Shown: positions 20,917-30,770, counted from the stretch's first letter. The stretch is DNA of 64,000 bases from an uncultured Planctomycetaceae bacterium (GCA_964631565.1 CAZVYJ010000001.1:12705-76704); one strand, 5' to 3'. Translations and numbers: made by a program. The notes: a model not told the origin generated them from the sequence alone.

Positions 20917-21525
20917 TTACTCGCTGCCTTCGGGTTCCGCGCCGCCGAAGTCGTAGCCAAGTTCTTTCCACTTGGCGAGGATATCCTCTTTGCTCAGGAA
21001 ATTCTCATGCCGCCAGAGTTCCTTGCCGCCGGCGTCAAAGAATATCTGCGTCGGAATCGTCTCGATGTTGTATTTCCTGGCAAGGTCGGCGTTTTCCCGA
21101 AGCCCGACATCGATGAACTCCACGTCGAACTTGCCGGCGTAGTCTTTTTTCAGTTCCTCCAGTATCGGGGCCATCATCTTGCATGGAATGCAAGTCTTGG
21201 AACCGAGGTCAACCAGCTTGGGCAAGCCGTTTGTCTCGGTTGCGGCCTTGCCGTTTGGATTATCTGCCTCACCGCATCCGATTATCTGGGCGCCGACAAT
21301 CACCCCAGTAATGCCGGCCAGAAGCATCGCAATTAGTCCGATTTTACAGAATTTACGCATTTTATTTGTTCCTTCCGCATTCCATGTCGCCTTTGTCCAC
21401 TTGACCGCCTGCCACAGCCCAAATATCAGGGCGAACAACATCAGCCAGCCGAACTGGCCCATTCCGCCGCCCGAGCCGCCGTCACCGCCACCGCTGCACG
21501 GGCATTGTGCCAACAGGCGGATCAT
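20917..21525 (-). CDS. membrane-anchored thioredoxin-family protein (CIPC)
   Basis: ATGA overlap with the upstream stop supports the start at 21525. Two hydrophobic segments, then LVDLGSKTCIPCKMMAPILEEL...IPTQIFFDAGGKE (thioredoxin fold). Confidence 0.7.
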   Translation of the reverse strand: MIRLLAQCPCSGGGDGGSGGGMGQFGWLMLFALIFGLWQAVKWTKATWNAEGTNKMRKFCKIGLIAMLLAGITGVIVGAQIIGCGEADNPNGKAATETNGLPKLVDLGSKTCIPCKMMAPILEELKKDYAGKFDVEFIDVGLRENADLARKYNIETIPTQIFFDAGGKELWRHENFLSKEDILAKWKELGYDFGGAEPEGSE

Positions 21526-21755
21526 GCCAGCATCGCCTTGATGGCCTCGGCGTCGGGCACCTTGCCTACGACCTTCACCACGCCGTCCACGGCCAGCGCG
21601 GGCGTCATCATCACGCCGAACTTCATGATCTCGTTGATGTCCGTGATCTTCTCGATGGCGTATTCGATGCCCAGCGCCTTGGCGGCGGCTTCGGCATTCT
21701 CCGCGAGTTTTTTACACTTGGGGCACCCGGTGCCCAGTATCTGCAACTTCTTCAT
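21522..21755 (-). CDS. small thioredoxin-like redox-active disulfide protein (77 aa, CPKC)
   Basis: MKKLQILGTGCPKCKKL...MMTPALAVDGVVKVVGKVP is the MTH895/TM0996-type small thioredoxin commonly found next to ArsP-type permeases. Confidence 0.8.
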   Translation of the reverse strand: MKKLQILGTGCPKCKKLAENAEAAAKALGIEYAIEKITDINEIMKFGVMMTPALAVDGVVKVVGKVPDAEAIKAMLA

Positions 21756-21758
21756 CTC

Positions 21759-22190
21759 TTACGCTCCAGTTCGTAAATGGTTTAATATTTCCAAAGCCTT
21801 GACGACGACCTTCTGTGCCTGCTCGCTGGTGCAGCGGACACCCTTGATCTTCTCGATGCCGAGGTCGGTTACTCTGACATGTTTATAATTGTTAATTCCG
21901 TGGCGGTCGAATGTCTTTTTCGCGCAGTCCATGGGGCAGCCGTCGATCACCATGTTCACGTCGGCGTCGCGGGCGGTCTGCACCATGCCTTGTATGTCGC
22001 CGCCCAGCCCGGCCAGGCAGAACATCGCGCCTTCGCCGGCGAAGGCCAGCTCTCTCGCAGCCTTGTCGGCAATTTCACCCACATTCGCACTGCCGGAGCA
22101 GGCGTACAAAAGGACAACCTTGCCCGCGTCGCTCCCGCAGCAGCAGGATGCTTCATTGGTCGGTTTCGGGATTCCACAGCAGTCGCTCAT
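21759..22190 (-). CDS. DGC-domain putative zinc-binding protein
   Basis: Cys-rich N-terminus SDCCGIPKPTNEASCCCGS and the diagnostic VIDGCPMDCAKK motif. Confidence 0.7.
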   Translation of the reverse strand: MSDCCGIPKPTNEASCCCGSDAGKVVLLYACSGSANVGEIADKAARELAFAGEGAMFCLAGLGGDIQGMVQTARDADVNMVIDGCPMDCAKKTFDRHGINNYKHVRVTDLGIEKIKGVRCTSEQAQKVVVKALEILNHLRTGA

Positions 22191-22191
22191 A

Positions 22192-23022
22192 TCATTGCTC
22201 CTGTTCTAGGGGTTCTGGTCGGGCCGAGTTCTTGGATGCCGGGCCATTCGTATCTTGAAGGCAGTTCTTATTGACCACATCGCCGCGCCGGCCTCTGTGT
22301 TCGTACGAATCCGGCGTCCAGTGAAAGTCTTTCAGGATGCTGACCGCAAAGCATTCTTCGGGTGGGGCATTCAGCAGACGCCTGGCATAGTCCCATTCCA
22401 TGCGCTGGCAAAGCCGCATCTCCTCCAGCGTGCACCCACCGGAGCGGATCTTCTCTTCCAGGGCGAGCACCTCAGCCGGAAAGACACCGGCCTTCAGCGA
22501 TACTTTGACGGTCTTGCCCGTCGAGAAACGGTGCAGGATGAACTCGTTGCCCAGCGCCGGGTCGATCTTCTGCGTGCCAAACCGGACTCTCCCGCCTGTC
22601 AGGTATGCGGCCACATCCCCATAGCACGGCGAATTGTTCGTGATGCAGCCAGTATCGGTCCGGTCTATAATGCCATCGGGATACAGAGCATTCAGGCCCA
22701 CGGACATGGCACATGCGGCTGTGACTAGGCCGTCGCACGGATGGCCATGCATCTTGACCAGGTCCTTCAGCGTGATTGTCTTCGTTTCGGAGACGTAGGG
22801 GCCGAGGCTGCTCTCCGTGTCCCTGACGTGGAACACCGGCGCGTACTGGCCCCTGGCCATCCAGTCGAAATAGTACCACGTAGGGCTGTTATCCATCGAC
22901 TCCGTCGTCTTCATTGTGCCGCCGGAGCGGTCCGTACAACCGGCAAGGCAAGCTGCTTCCATTGCGAATGCAAGGGTCGCCACAGCCCCCACAACGACAT
23001 GATGTCTGTTGATACAACTCAT
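22192..23022 (-). CDS. FmdE/FwdE-domain lipoprotein
   Basis: Internal start MSCINRHHVVVGAVATLAFAMEAACLAGC (lipobox), with ATGA overlap to the RND stop. HGHPCDGL motif of the FwdE family. ORF-track extension to 23418 rejected. Confidence 0.55.
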   Translation of the reverse strand: MSCINRHHVVVGAVATLAFAMEAACLAGCTDRSGGTMKTTESMDNSPTWYYFDWMARGQYAPVFHVRDTESSLGPYVSETKTITLKDLVKMHGHPCDGLVTAACAMSVGLNALYPDGIIDRTDTGCITNNSPCYGDVAAYLTGGRVRFGTQKIDPALGNEFILHRFSTGKTVKVSLKAGVFPAEVLALEEKIRSGGCTLEEMRLCQRMEWDYARRLLNAPPEECFAVSILKDFHWTPDSYEHRGRRGDVVNKNCLQDTNGPASKNSARPEPLEQEQ

Positions 23023-26000
23023 TCGGCTGTCTCTTTCTGCGGTTGCGGACGCAAACCAAGCAGCCAGCGACCGGTGGCCGCCGCCTTGACGGTCACGGTG
23101 TCCAAGCTCGAGTACACCACCGGGATGACGATCATGGTCAGGAAGGTGCCGACGGCCAGACCGGTGGCTGCCACGATGCCCAGCGGACTCATACGTTCCA
23201 GGCCAACCGCCATCTGGAAGACCAGCGGCGTCAATCCGACGATCGTCGAGACGGTCGTCATCAGGATCGGGCGAATCCTCAGGCGAACGGACTGGAGGAT
23301 CGCCTCGTCCTTGGTCACTCCGGCCTTGCGGGCGTTGAGGACGAAATCCAGCAGCAGGATGCTGTTGTTGACGATGGTTCCGCCCAGGAAGATCATGCCC
23401 ATCGTCGCCGGTTTGCACATCGGTTTGTCGAACAGCAGCAGGCCCCAGAAGGCTCCGGCGATGGCCAGCGGAATGGCGGCCATGATCGTCACGGGATGCG
23501 CGAACGATTTGAACATGGCCACTAGGAGGATGTACAACAGCACGAAGCCGATCATCAGGGCCTTGCCCATTTCGGCACTGCCGGTTTTCATGTCGGCCGT
23601 TGTGCCGGAAACATCGATGGTGTACCCGGCGGGGGGATGGATGGCCTCCAACCGCTTCGTGGCCATGCCCGCAATCTGGCCGATGGTATAGACGCGGTTG
23701 ACGCCTGTAATGTCGATGGTGTTACACAGCCGCTCGCGGGTAATGAAGGGTTGGTTTCGCTGCGGATTCAGCGTCGCCATCGCTCGCACAGGCAAGGGGC
23801 CAAACCGCGTCGAAACATACGCGTCGGAGAGCTGCGCCGGTTCGCTGATGTTCTCGGAGGCGTACTGCACGGTAATAGGAATGTCCAGATAGCCTTTGAG
23901 GCGCATGGGCGAGGCCGGGATGCCCTTTACGATGCCCTTGAGTTCCCAGGCAAGGTCGGCCGGCGTGGTCTGATAGAGTTTCGCCAGAGCAGGATCGACG
24001 TCCACGTGATATTCGGTCTTGTCGAAGTACCAACTCCGGCGAACGTCCATCAAGCCGGATAGTCCCTTAAGCGCGTTTCGGCACTGGTCGGCCAGTTGGC
24101 TGACTACATGAGAATCAGGCCCGCTGACGATGATGTCCAACGGAGCGCGGGTTGTGGAGACCGGTGTGGCCCCGTACTCGGTGATTCGAAAGCTCCGCAC
24201 GCCCGCAATCTGCCGCAACTGCTCTCGCCACTTATCCTGGATTTGCCAGATCGTTTCTGGCCTGTGCTGGCGATCCACCAGGTGAATGATGATCTTGCCC
24301 GACTGGGCGGTGGCGCCGCCTCCGCCGAAGCTGATCTGCCCGGGCTCCGACCCTACGATAGACGAGATGGTTTCCACGCCGGGCTGTTTATAGACGGCCG
24401 TTTCGATCTGGCTGAGCGTTTTCTCGACCTCGGCCGGAGATGCGTCGGTCGGCGCGTCGAACTCCAGATTGACGATGCCCGTGTCCATCGGCGGCATGAG
24501 TTCTCCGCCGATCAAAGGCTTGACCACCTTCATGGTCACGATGAAGAACGCCGCCGCGAGGATCAGCGTGGCCAACCGCCACCGCAGAGCTCTTCGCAGA
24601 ATACTCAGGAAGAACCGCGACAGCAGGCCGACCCCTTTGTCCGTGTTGGCGAATAGACGCTCCAGGAAGTTCCTGTGTTCATGCGGCCGAGCCAACAGAC
24701 GTGATGCCATCAGAGGCACAACCGTCAACGAGACCAGCAAAGAGGCCACCAAGGTAGCCGAGATCATCATGTTCAACGGCCGCATCGTCTGCTGGGAATA
24801 GCCACCGGTGAACATCACGGGAATCAGCACGATGACCGTCGTGAGCATGCCCGCCGTCACGGCCAGGGCGACTTCACTCGTTCCTTGCTTGGCCGCTAGG
24901 GCTGCGTCGGGATGCTTCATCTCGCGGTAGTGCCGGTAGATGTTCTCCAGAACGACGATGGAGGCGTCCACCACCATTCCCACCGAGATGATCAGACCGG
25001 AGAGCGTCACCATGTTCAGCGTGTACGGGCTGAACCACAGCACGACCAGGCCGGCCAGAAACGCCAGCGGGATGCTCACGGAAACAACTACGGCCGCCCG
25101 CATGTCGGCCAAAAAGAAGAAGATCACGAGTACGGTCAGGACCACCGCCTGCCATAGGGAGCTGCGCATGCCGTTGACGTTCAGGTCGATGAGGGGCTGC
25201 TGGTCGTCGGTGATCTGAAAAGCGATGTCAGGGTATTGGGCCTCAAGCTTGGGCAGGAAACTCTTGATGCTCTGGATGGCGCTGACCGTCGGACCGTTAT
25301 CGGGCCGCATGACATTGACGGCGATGGCCGGCTTTCCGTTGCCGTGATAGACGCTGCGCTGCTCCGCTTCGCCCAGGCTGACGTTGGCTACATCCTCTAG
25401 GCGGAGCCAACCCTGGTCGGAGTGCTTGATCGGCAGTTGACGGATCTGCTCAAGGTCAGCGAACTCACCGATTGTCTTGACCAGGTATTCCCGTCGCTCC
25501 GAATAGATCGTGCCGGCCGGGGCCGATACGTTCTGTTTCGCCAGAGAAGCGACCACCTCATTGATCGACAAGCCGTTAGCAGCAAGGCGATCCCGGTCCA
25601 CCCGCACCTTCACTTCAGGCTGATGGCCGCCGAATACGTCCACGTCGGCGACGCCTGGCAGCGTCAGGATCTGGTCCTCGATCTGGTTCTCGGCCAGGAG
25701 GCGAATCTGCGACAGTGTCTTGGTGCTGCCGGGCTTGGGCGACAGGGCCAGTGTCAACAGCGGCCGTGTCGCATCGGTGATTTTGTAGATACGAGGTTCC
25801 AGGATGTCCTTGGGCAGTTGGGCCCGGATTCGGCCGATGGCGTTCTGCACGTCCAGGACCGCCTCGCCGATCGGTTTGCTGTAATCGAACTCGGCGTTTA
25901 CGGAGGATACCTCGTCGCGGCTGGTGCTGGTGACCTTGGCCAGCCCGCCGAGGGTGTTCAGTTCCTTCTCGACGACTTGGGTGATCTTGTCGGCTACATC

Positions 26001-26150
26001 GCCAGCGTCCGCGCCCGGATATACGGTGATGACGACCACCTGGGGCGGAACCGTGTTGGGGAATAAGTCTGTGGGAATCTTAATGAAGGCGAAAAAACCC
26101 AGCGCAACCACCACCAGCACCAGGGCGATGATCACGAACGGATTCCTCAT
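23019..26150 (-). CDS. RND efflux transporter permease subunit (AcrB/CzcA superfamily)
   Basis: Start MRNPFVIIALVLVVVALGFF 17 nt after the MFP stop. 12-TM topology with two large periplasmic loops. Proton-relay motif VGMVVDASIVVLENIY in TM4. Confidence 0.9.
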   Translation of the reverse strand: MRNPFVIIALVLVVVALGFFAFIKIPTDLFPNTVPPQVVVITVYPGADAGDVADKITQVVEKELNTLGGLAKVTSTSRDEVSSVNAEFDYSKPIGEAVLDVQNAIGRIRAQLPKDILEPRIYKITDATRPLLTLALSPKPGSTKTLSQIRLLAENQIEDQILTLPGVADVDVFGGHQPEVKVRVDRDRLAANGLSINEVVASLAKQNVSAPAGTIYSERREYLVKTIGEFADLEQIRQLPIKHSDQGWLRLEDVANVSLGEAEQRSVYHGNGKPAIAVNVMRPDNGPTVSAIQSIKSFLPKLEAQYPDIAFQITDDQQPLIDLNVNGMRSSLWQAVVLTVLVIFFFLADMRAAVVVSVSIPLAFLAGLVVLWFSPYTLNMVTLSGLIISVGMVVDASIVVLENIYRHYREMKHPDAALAAKQGTSEVALAVTAGMLTTVIVLIPVMFTGGYSQQTMRPLNMMISATLVASLLVSLTVVPLMASRLLARPHEHRNFLERLFANTDKGVGLLSRFFLSILRRALRWRLATLILAAAFFIVTMKVVKPLIGGELMPPMDTGIVNLEFDAPTDASPAEVEKTLSQIETAVYKQPGVETISSIVGSEPGQISFGGGGATAQSGKIIIHLVDRQHRPETIWQIQDKWREQLRQIAGVRSFRITEYGATPVSTTRAPLDIIVSGPDSHVVSQLADQCRNALKGLSGLMDVRRSWYFDKTEYHVDVDPALAKLYQTTPADLAWELKGIVKGIPASPMRLKGYLDIPITVQYASENISEPAQLSDAYVSTRFGPLPVRAMATLNPQRNQPFITRERLCNTIDITGVNRVYTIGQIAGMATKRLEAIHPPAGYTIDVSGTTADMKTGSAEMGKALMIGFVLLYILLVAMFKSFAHPVTIMAAIPLAIAGAFWGLLLFDKPMCKPATMGMIFLGGTIVNNSILLLDFVLNARKAGVTKDEAILQSVRLRIRPILMTTVSTIVGLTPLVFQMAVGLERMSPLGIVAATGLAVGTFLTMIVIPVVYSSLDTVTVKAAATGRWLLGLRPQPQKETAE

Positions 26151-26167
26151 GGAAAAGCCGATGAGAT

Positions 26168-27355
26168 TCACTTCATGGCCTCCACCTTGAGTCCCGCCGA
26201 CAGCTGCACCCAACCCAGGAACGTGCTCAGGACGACTTGGTCGCCTTCTCGCACGCCCTCGACGGCCACGTCGTCACCATCCGCGCCCAGAACGCTCACC
26301 GGTCTGGCGCGCAGATGCTCATCGTTGACAATGAACACAAACGTCTTGCAGTCTGGCGATTCGACCACGCTGGAAGATGGGACCAGCGTGACATTCATTC
26401 TGGAACTCAGCACCACCTTCAGGCTCATATAGGCTCCGCAAGACAGGCCCTCCGCTTCGGGACCGTCGAGGTAGACTTCCGCCCGAAGCATGCGCGCGGT
26501 GCTCAGCGAGGGGAACATGTGCGACAGCACTGCCGTCCGGCCCTTGCTGGCAACGGAGAAGCTTACCGGCAGCCCCTCATGAACCTGCGGCAGATCCTGC
26601 TGGGGTACATCGAAGCAGAGCTTGAACTTGCTGCGGTCCTCGACGGTCATCAGGCTCTTGCCGGGGGTCGCCAGATCGCCGGGGTCCACCATGCGATGCG
26701 ACACCAGGCCGTCAAATGGGCTGCGAATCGTGCAGTAGCCCAGCGTCGTCTCCAACTCGGCCTGCTTGCGTTTCAGGGCCTCGATCTGCCGCTCGATGGC
26801 GGCAGACTTCTGGCGAGCGGCGTCCAGTTTGCCTTGGGCCTCATTGGCTTTGTCGGCCGTGCCCTCAGCTTGCGCCCCGGGGATCGCGCCTTTGTCGGCA
26901 AGCTCCTTGTCTCGTTGTCGCTCCCGCTGCCAGTAAGCACTGGTCTTCGCCAATGATTCCACGGTCGCCTGATTGGAGGCCAGGTCGGCCTGGGCCTGCT
27001 CGACTTGCGCCTTGGCGGCAGCAATGCTGTCCTCAATCTGTCGCCCGTCGAGAATCACAAGGATGTCGCCGGCCTTTACTGCCTCGTTTTCGTCGTGCAG
27101 GACCTTCTCAACCGTAGCCGTCAGACGGGCCGAGACATCCGCCAAGCGGATCGGCTCCACCACGCCCAGATAGTCACGCGTTTGTTGCAGATTGCCCTGG
27201 CGAGCCGTCGCAACGCGAACCGGGACTGGCTGCATGCCGTACTTCGGAGCTGCAGCCAACGCCAGCTTCTTGTGCCGGACCAGCAGGAGGCCGCCAACCA
27301 CGATCAGCCCAACCACCGCCAGTACGATTACGATGCGAATGCTTTTCTTGACCAT
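26168..27355 (-). CDS. RND efflux periplasmic adaptor (membrane fusion protein, HlyD family)
   Basis: Internal start MVKKSIRIVIVLAVVGLIVVGG overlapping the OMF stop by 1 nt. Coiled-coil hairpin, lipoyl and beta-barrel segments. ORF-track 5-prime extension rejected. Confidence 0.85.
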   Translation of the reverse strand: MVKKSIRIVIVLAVVGLIVVGGLLLVRHKKLALAAAPKYGMQPVPVRVATARQGNLQQTRDYLGVVEPIRLADVSARLTATVEKVLHDENEAVKAGDILVILDGRQIEDSIAAAKAQVEQAQADLASNQATVESLAKTSAYWQRERQRDKELADKGAIPGAQAEGTADKANEAQGKLDAARQKSAAIERQIEALKRKQAELETTLGYCTIRSPFDGLVSHRMVDPGDLATPGKSLMTVEDRSKFKLCFDVPQQDLPQVHEGLPVSFSVASKGRTAVLSHMFPSLSTARMLRAEVYLDGPEAEGLSCGAYMSLKVVLSSRMNVTLVPSSSVVESPDCKTFVFIVNDEHLRARPVSVLGADGDDVAVEGVREGDQVVLSTFLGWVQLSAGLKVEAMK

Positions 27356-28761
27356 TACTGCCGCGCTCCTATCGCCAGTTTCAACTGGGCCAGGGCGACG
27401 TTGTAGTCGGCCAGCGCCCGGTAGTAGTTGGTCTGCGAGTCCAGCAGGGCCGACTGCGCGTCCAGAACGTCCACGATCGCGCCCTTGCCCAGGTCGTACT
27501 TCTCGCGCTCGATCCGCAGGCTTTCCTTGGCCTGTTCGATAGCTGTTTCCGTGGCCTTGACTCGCTCCCTGGCCGAGCCGACATTCAGCACGGCCGTCTC
27601 CACGTCGAGCTGAATCTGAAGTTCCAATTGCCGCAATCGCTCTTGAGCGGCCATGAGACGGGCCTTCTCTTGGCGAATTCTCGCCTCGATTCGTCCGCCT
27701 TCGAAAATGGGGATATCCACCACGACGCCTACCCGGCCTACGTCGCCAGAACTGTCCGTCCCGGAAGGCCGATCCGTCGTACCGGCGGCCCAACGGCCAC
27801 CGTATGCGCCCTCCAGCGAAACTGTCGGCCACTGCGCCGCCCGTGCGGCGTCCACGGCCTTGGCCTGAGCCTCCAACTCCGCACGGGCCGCAAGGTAGTC
27901 GGATCTGCCGTTGAAAGCCTGACTCAGGGCTTGAGCGGTTTCGGGGATGGCAGCTTCGGCAATCGCCAGTTCGCCGGCGGGGTCAACCGGCTTGTCCGGC
28001 CGATCCAAACCCAGCAGGTTCGTCAGCACGCGGGCCTGGACGGCAAGCACGTTGCGCTCCCGCACAAGCTGCTGGTCCAGGTTGGCCACGCGGACCTCCG
28101 TGCGTAGCTGGTCCACCTTGGCCGCCTTCTGCGCCGCGATCAGGTCCTCGATGCGTTTGAGGTGCTCCTGGAGCGCCTTCTTTGAAAACTCCAGCGATTC
28201 GATGACCTCCCGTTGGGCCAGGATGCCATAGAACACGCTAGAGACGTTGAAGACCAGTTCCTCCTGCGTCCGGGCGAGGCGGTGCTCCGACGCCTTCTGG
28301 AGCAACTCTGCCGCCTTGATCTCACTGGTGATCCGCCCGCCGGTGAACAGGGGCATGGTCACCACCAGATCGCCGGCGAATATGTCCCGGCTGAATGCGC
28401 CCGATTGGTTATTCTCGCTCGCCGCGATCAATCGCTGGCTGTCCAGGTAGTGATTGTATCCGCCAATGGCGTGCAGGCTGGGCAGGCGCTGTCCTGCGGC
28501 AAAGTCGCGCTGCGCCGTCGCCGCGGCCACGTCATACACTGTGGCGGCAACTTCCGGGTTGTTGGCCAAGGCCACGCGAACGGCCTCATTCAAAGTCAGC
28601 GGACCCTGAACCGGTTGGGTGGCTGCGGAATGGGGGCCGCCGAGATAAGGACGCGGGCCTCGCCCCATGCCCGCGTATGGGTCGGTCGGATTGGTCAGCA
28701 CGCACCCCGGAGCTAGAGCCGCAAGGGCGACCAGCCAGAATGTCTTCATCGGGGTATTCAT
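27355..28761 (-). CDS. TolC/OprM-family outer membrane efflux protein
   Basis: Lipoprotein-like signal LAALAPGC. Two tandem repeats with long coiled coils. C-terminal DVLDAQSALLDSQTNYYRALADYNVALAQL is typical of OMF proteins. Confidence 0.85.
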   Translation of the reverse strand: MNTPMKTFWLVALAALAPGCVLTNPTDPYAGMGRGPRPYLGGPHSAATQPVQGPLTLNEAVRVALANNPEVAATVYDVAAATAQRDFAAGQRLPSLHAIGGYNHYLDSQRLIAASENNQSGAFSRDIFAGDLVVTMPLFTGGRITSEIKAAELLQKASEHRLARTQEELVFNVSSVFYGILAQREVIESLEFSKKALQEHLKRIEDLIAAQKAAKVDQLRTEVRVANLDQQLVRERNVLAVQARVLTNLLGLDRPDKPVDPAGELAIAEAAIPETAQALSQAFNGRSDYLAARAELEAQAKAVDAARAAQWPTVSLEGAYGGRWAAGTTDRPSGTDSSGDVGRVGVVVDIPIFEGGRIEARIRQEKARLMAAQERLRQLELQIQLDVETAVLNVGSARERVKATETAIEQAKESLRIEREKYDLGKGAIVDVLDAQSALLDSQTNYYRALADYNVALAQLKLAIGARQ

Positions 28762-28765
28762 AGGC

Positions 28766-30310
28766 TTACAGGAACGCTCCGAAAATCATGCCGGAGATCG
28801 TGGCCATCACGATCACCAGCGAACAGTACACGATGGTCTTCTGCGTGCCCATGATGCTGCGTATGACCAGCATGTTCGGCAGCGACAGCGCAGGCCCCGC
28901 CAGCAGCAGCGCCAGAGCCGGTCCTTTGCCCATGCCCGCGCCGATCAGGCCCTGGAGGATGGGCACCTCGGTCAGTGTGGCGAAATACATGAATGCGCCG
29001 AAGACGCTGGCGAACAAATTTGTCCATATCGGCCAGACGGAACGCACGACGCTCTCGAAGGCGCCGCCGCCCCAGCCGGTCATCTCCAGCATGCGATTGG
29101 GACTGTCGCCGACGAGCGACTCGACGTATCTGCTCGGAATGAAGCCTTCATGGTCCGGTCGACCCAGCAGGAAACCCGCCACCAGCACTCCGAAGAACAG
29201 CAGCGGGAGTATCTGCTTGGCGAAGGTCCACGTGGCGGCGAACCAGTCGCCTCCCTCGCCCTTGTTGGTGCTGAGAATGACCGACAGGCCGACAATCGCG
29301 GCCGAGAACGGAATAAGCACCCACAAATCCTTGTTTATCGGCAAGACAAAAGCCAGGATAGCCGGCGGAATCGCCGCAAGCACGACCTTCCACCAGTGAA
29401 CCTTGAACCAGAAGATCAGGATCAGGGAGAAGGCCGCGGCGAACCCAGCCGTGACCAGCCATTTGTTCCGCCAGATCGAAGTCCATACGCCGGGAAGCGG
29501 GGTTCTTTCCACAATGTCGGCTGAGTTGAGAGTGATTTCCTCGCCCTCATCCGGTCCTTCCAGCAGCTTCACCCGGTAGGCAGCGCCGGCTGCGGCTGCG
29601 TCTTCCGGGGCCTTGGTGATGGCCGCCCTCATCTCTGTGCCGTCATTGAGCTTGAAATACCAATCGTTGGGCGCTCCCCAGTTGGCGAAGACAAGAATGC
29701 CGATCATGACAAAGAAGAACAGGGCGTTGTGCGTCAGCGGCCGCGTTACTTCAGGTTCCGGCATTCCCAGTTGGCCGTTGGCCTTGGCAATCTCCTCCTT
29801 GCGGTAGATGAAGTGCATGATCAGGCCGATTATCACGCTGAACGATATTGCGCCGACCGCGCGAGCTATTCCCAGTTCCAGTCCGAGGATGCGGGCGGTA
29901 AGGATTATCGCCAGCACGTTGATGGCCGGGCCGGAGTACAGGAACGCCGTCGCCGGGCCAAGCCCGGCGCCCATCCGCCAGATGCCCGCGAACAGAGGCA
30001 GCACGGTGCAGGAGCAGACGGCCAGTATCGAACCCGATACGCTCGCCACGCCATACGCCAGCACCTTGTTGGCCTTGGCCCCGAGGTACTTCATCACCGA
30101 CGCCTGGCTGACAAACACGCCGATGGCCCCGGCGATGAAGAACGCCGGCACCAGGCACAACAGCACATGCTCCCGCGCGTACCACTTGGCCAGGTGCAGT
30201 GCCTCCATGACGCCCCAGTTAAATCGGTCCCAGTTCACGGGCAGCCAAAAGAACACTATGAATACAACAAGCATCAACAACGGGGTTTTTATCGTATTTT
30301 TTACGCTCAT
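28766..30310 (-). CDS. DUF318/ArsP-type permease with ~150-aa soluble insertion
   Basis: ATGA overlap with the arsR stop (ATG at 30310; ORF-track start 30319 is GTG). Polytopic protein with the AVCSCTVLPLFAG Cys motif resembling the ArsP TPFcSCS region. Confidence 0.6.
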   Translation of the reverse strand: MSVKNTIKTPLLMLVVFIVFFWLPVNWDRFNWGVMEALHLAKWYAREHVLLCLVPAFFIAGAIGVFVSQASVMKYLGAKANKVLAYGVASVSGSILAVCSCTVLPLFAGIWRMGAGLGPATAFLYSGPAINVLAIILTARILGLELGIARAVGAISFSVIIGLIMHFIYRKEEIAKANGQLGMPEPEVTRPLTHNALFFFVMIGILVFANWGAPNDWYFKLNDGTEMRAAITKAPEDAAAAGAAYRVKLLEGPDEGEEITLNSADIVERTPLPGVWTSIWRNKWLVTAGFAAAFSLILIFWFKVHWWKVVLAAIPPAILAFVLPINKDLWVLIPFSAAIVGLSVILSTNKGEGGDWFAATWTFAKQILPLLFFGVLVAGFLLGRPDHEGFIPSRYVESLVGDSPNRMLEMTGWGGGAFESVVRSVWPIWTNLFASVFGAFMYFATLTEVPILQGLIGAGMGKGPALALLLAGPALSLPNMLVIRSIMGTQKTIVYCSLVIVMATISGMIFGAFL

Positions 30311-30639
30311 TTGCAGCACTCGCTGAGAATGGCTTTTTCACCGTCTATCCGTTCGCGGAGCACGTCGGTCACGCAGTCGAGGAATCGCAGCAGGCAGGCC
30401 GTCCGCAGCGAGTAGAGCATTTTGAGGCCTTCCTTGCGGTAATCGATTACGCCGGCCTTAAGCAGGACGGCCAGGTGACGCGACACGTTGGACCTCTGAG
30501 CGCCGACGTGCGCCGCGATGTCGCAGACGCACTGCTCGCCGTCGCACAGGAATTCGATTATCGCCAGGCGTATCGGGTGGCCGGCCGCCGCGATTATCTC
30601 CGCCTTCAGCTTCAACAGCTTCTTCGTTGCAGAATCCAT
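30307..30639 (-). CDS. arsR: ArsR/SmtB family transcriptional repressor (second copy)
   Basis: IRLAIIEFLCDGEQCVCDIAAHVGAQRSNVSRHLAVLLKAGV (wHTH) with CVCD metalloid-binding pair and C-terminal ECCK. First gene of the 14-gene operon. Confidence 0.85.
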   Translation of the reverse strand: MDSATKKLLKLKAEIIAAAGHPIRLAIIEFLCDGEQCVCDIAAHVGAQRSNVSRHLAVLLKAGVIDYRKEGLKMLYSLRTACLLRFLDCVTDVLRERIDGEKAILSECCK

Positions 30640-30699
30640 TTCAACACCTCAAACACGTTGAACGAAACGACCAGCAAACCCAAAAACAGGCTCCAATAA

Positions 30700-30770
30700 C
30701 TATGTGAGTATTTAGTAACATAGTAACGCATGACAATGGTGTTTTCAAGTTCGAAGGAGATAAAAAAATG
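30700..30770 (-). promoter_or_regulatory. candidate promoter/ArsR operator of the 14-gene operon (direct repeat TAGTAAC-A-TAGTAAC overlapping a -10-like TACTAT)
   Basis: Minus strand reads ttgaaaacaccattgtcatgcgttactatgttactaaatac (TTGAAA-17 nt-TACTAT). The repeat sits on the -10, as expected for a repressor operator. Placement is approximate. Confidence 0.35.

Noticed and set aside
22192-23418. N-terminal 132-codon extension of the FwdE-like ORF (and similar extensions of 26168-27832 and 57474-58472)
   Set aside because: Extensions overlap the upstream RND/OMF/tsf genes and are low-complexity. The internal starts give signal peptides or conserved N-termini and ATGA coupling.
22741-23691. 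316-aa plus-strand ORF antisense to the RND/FwdE-like junction
   Set aside because: Antisense shadow, no motifs.
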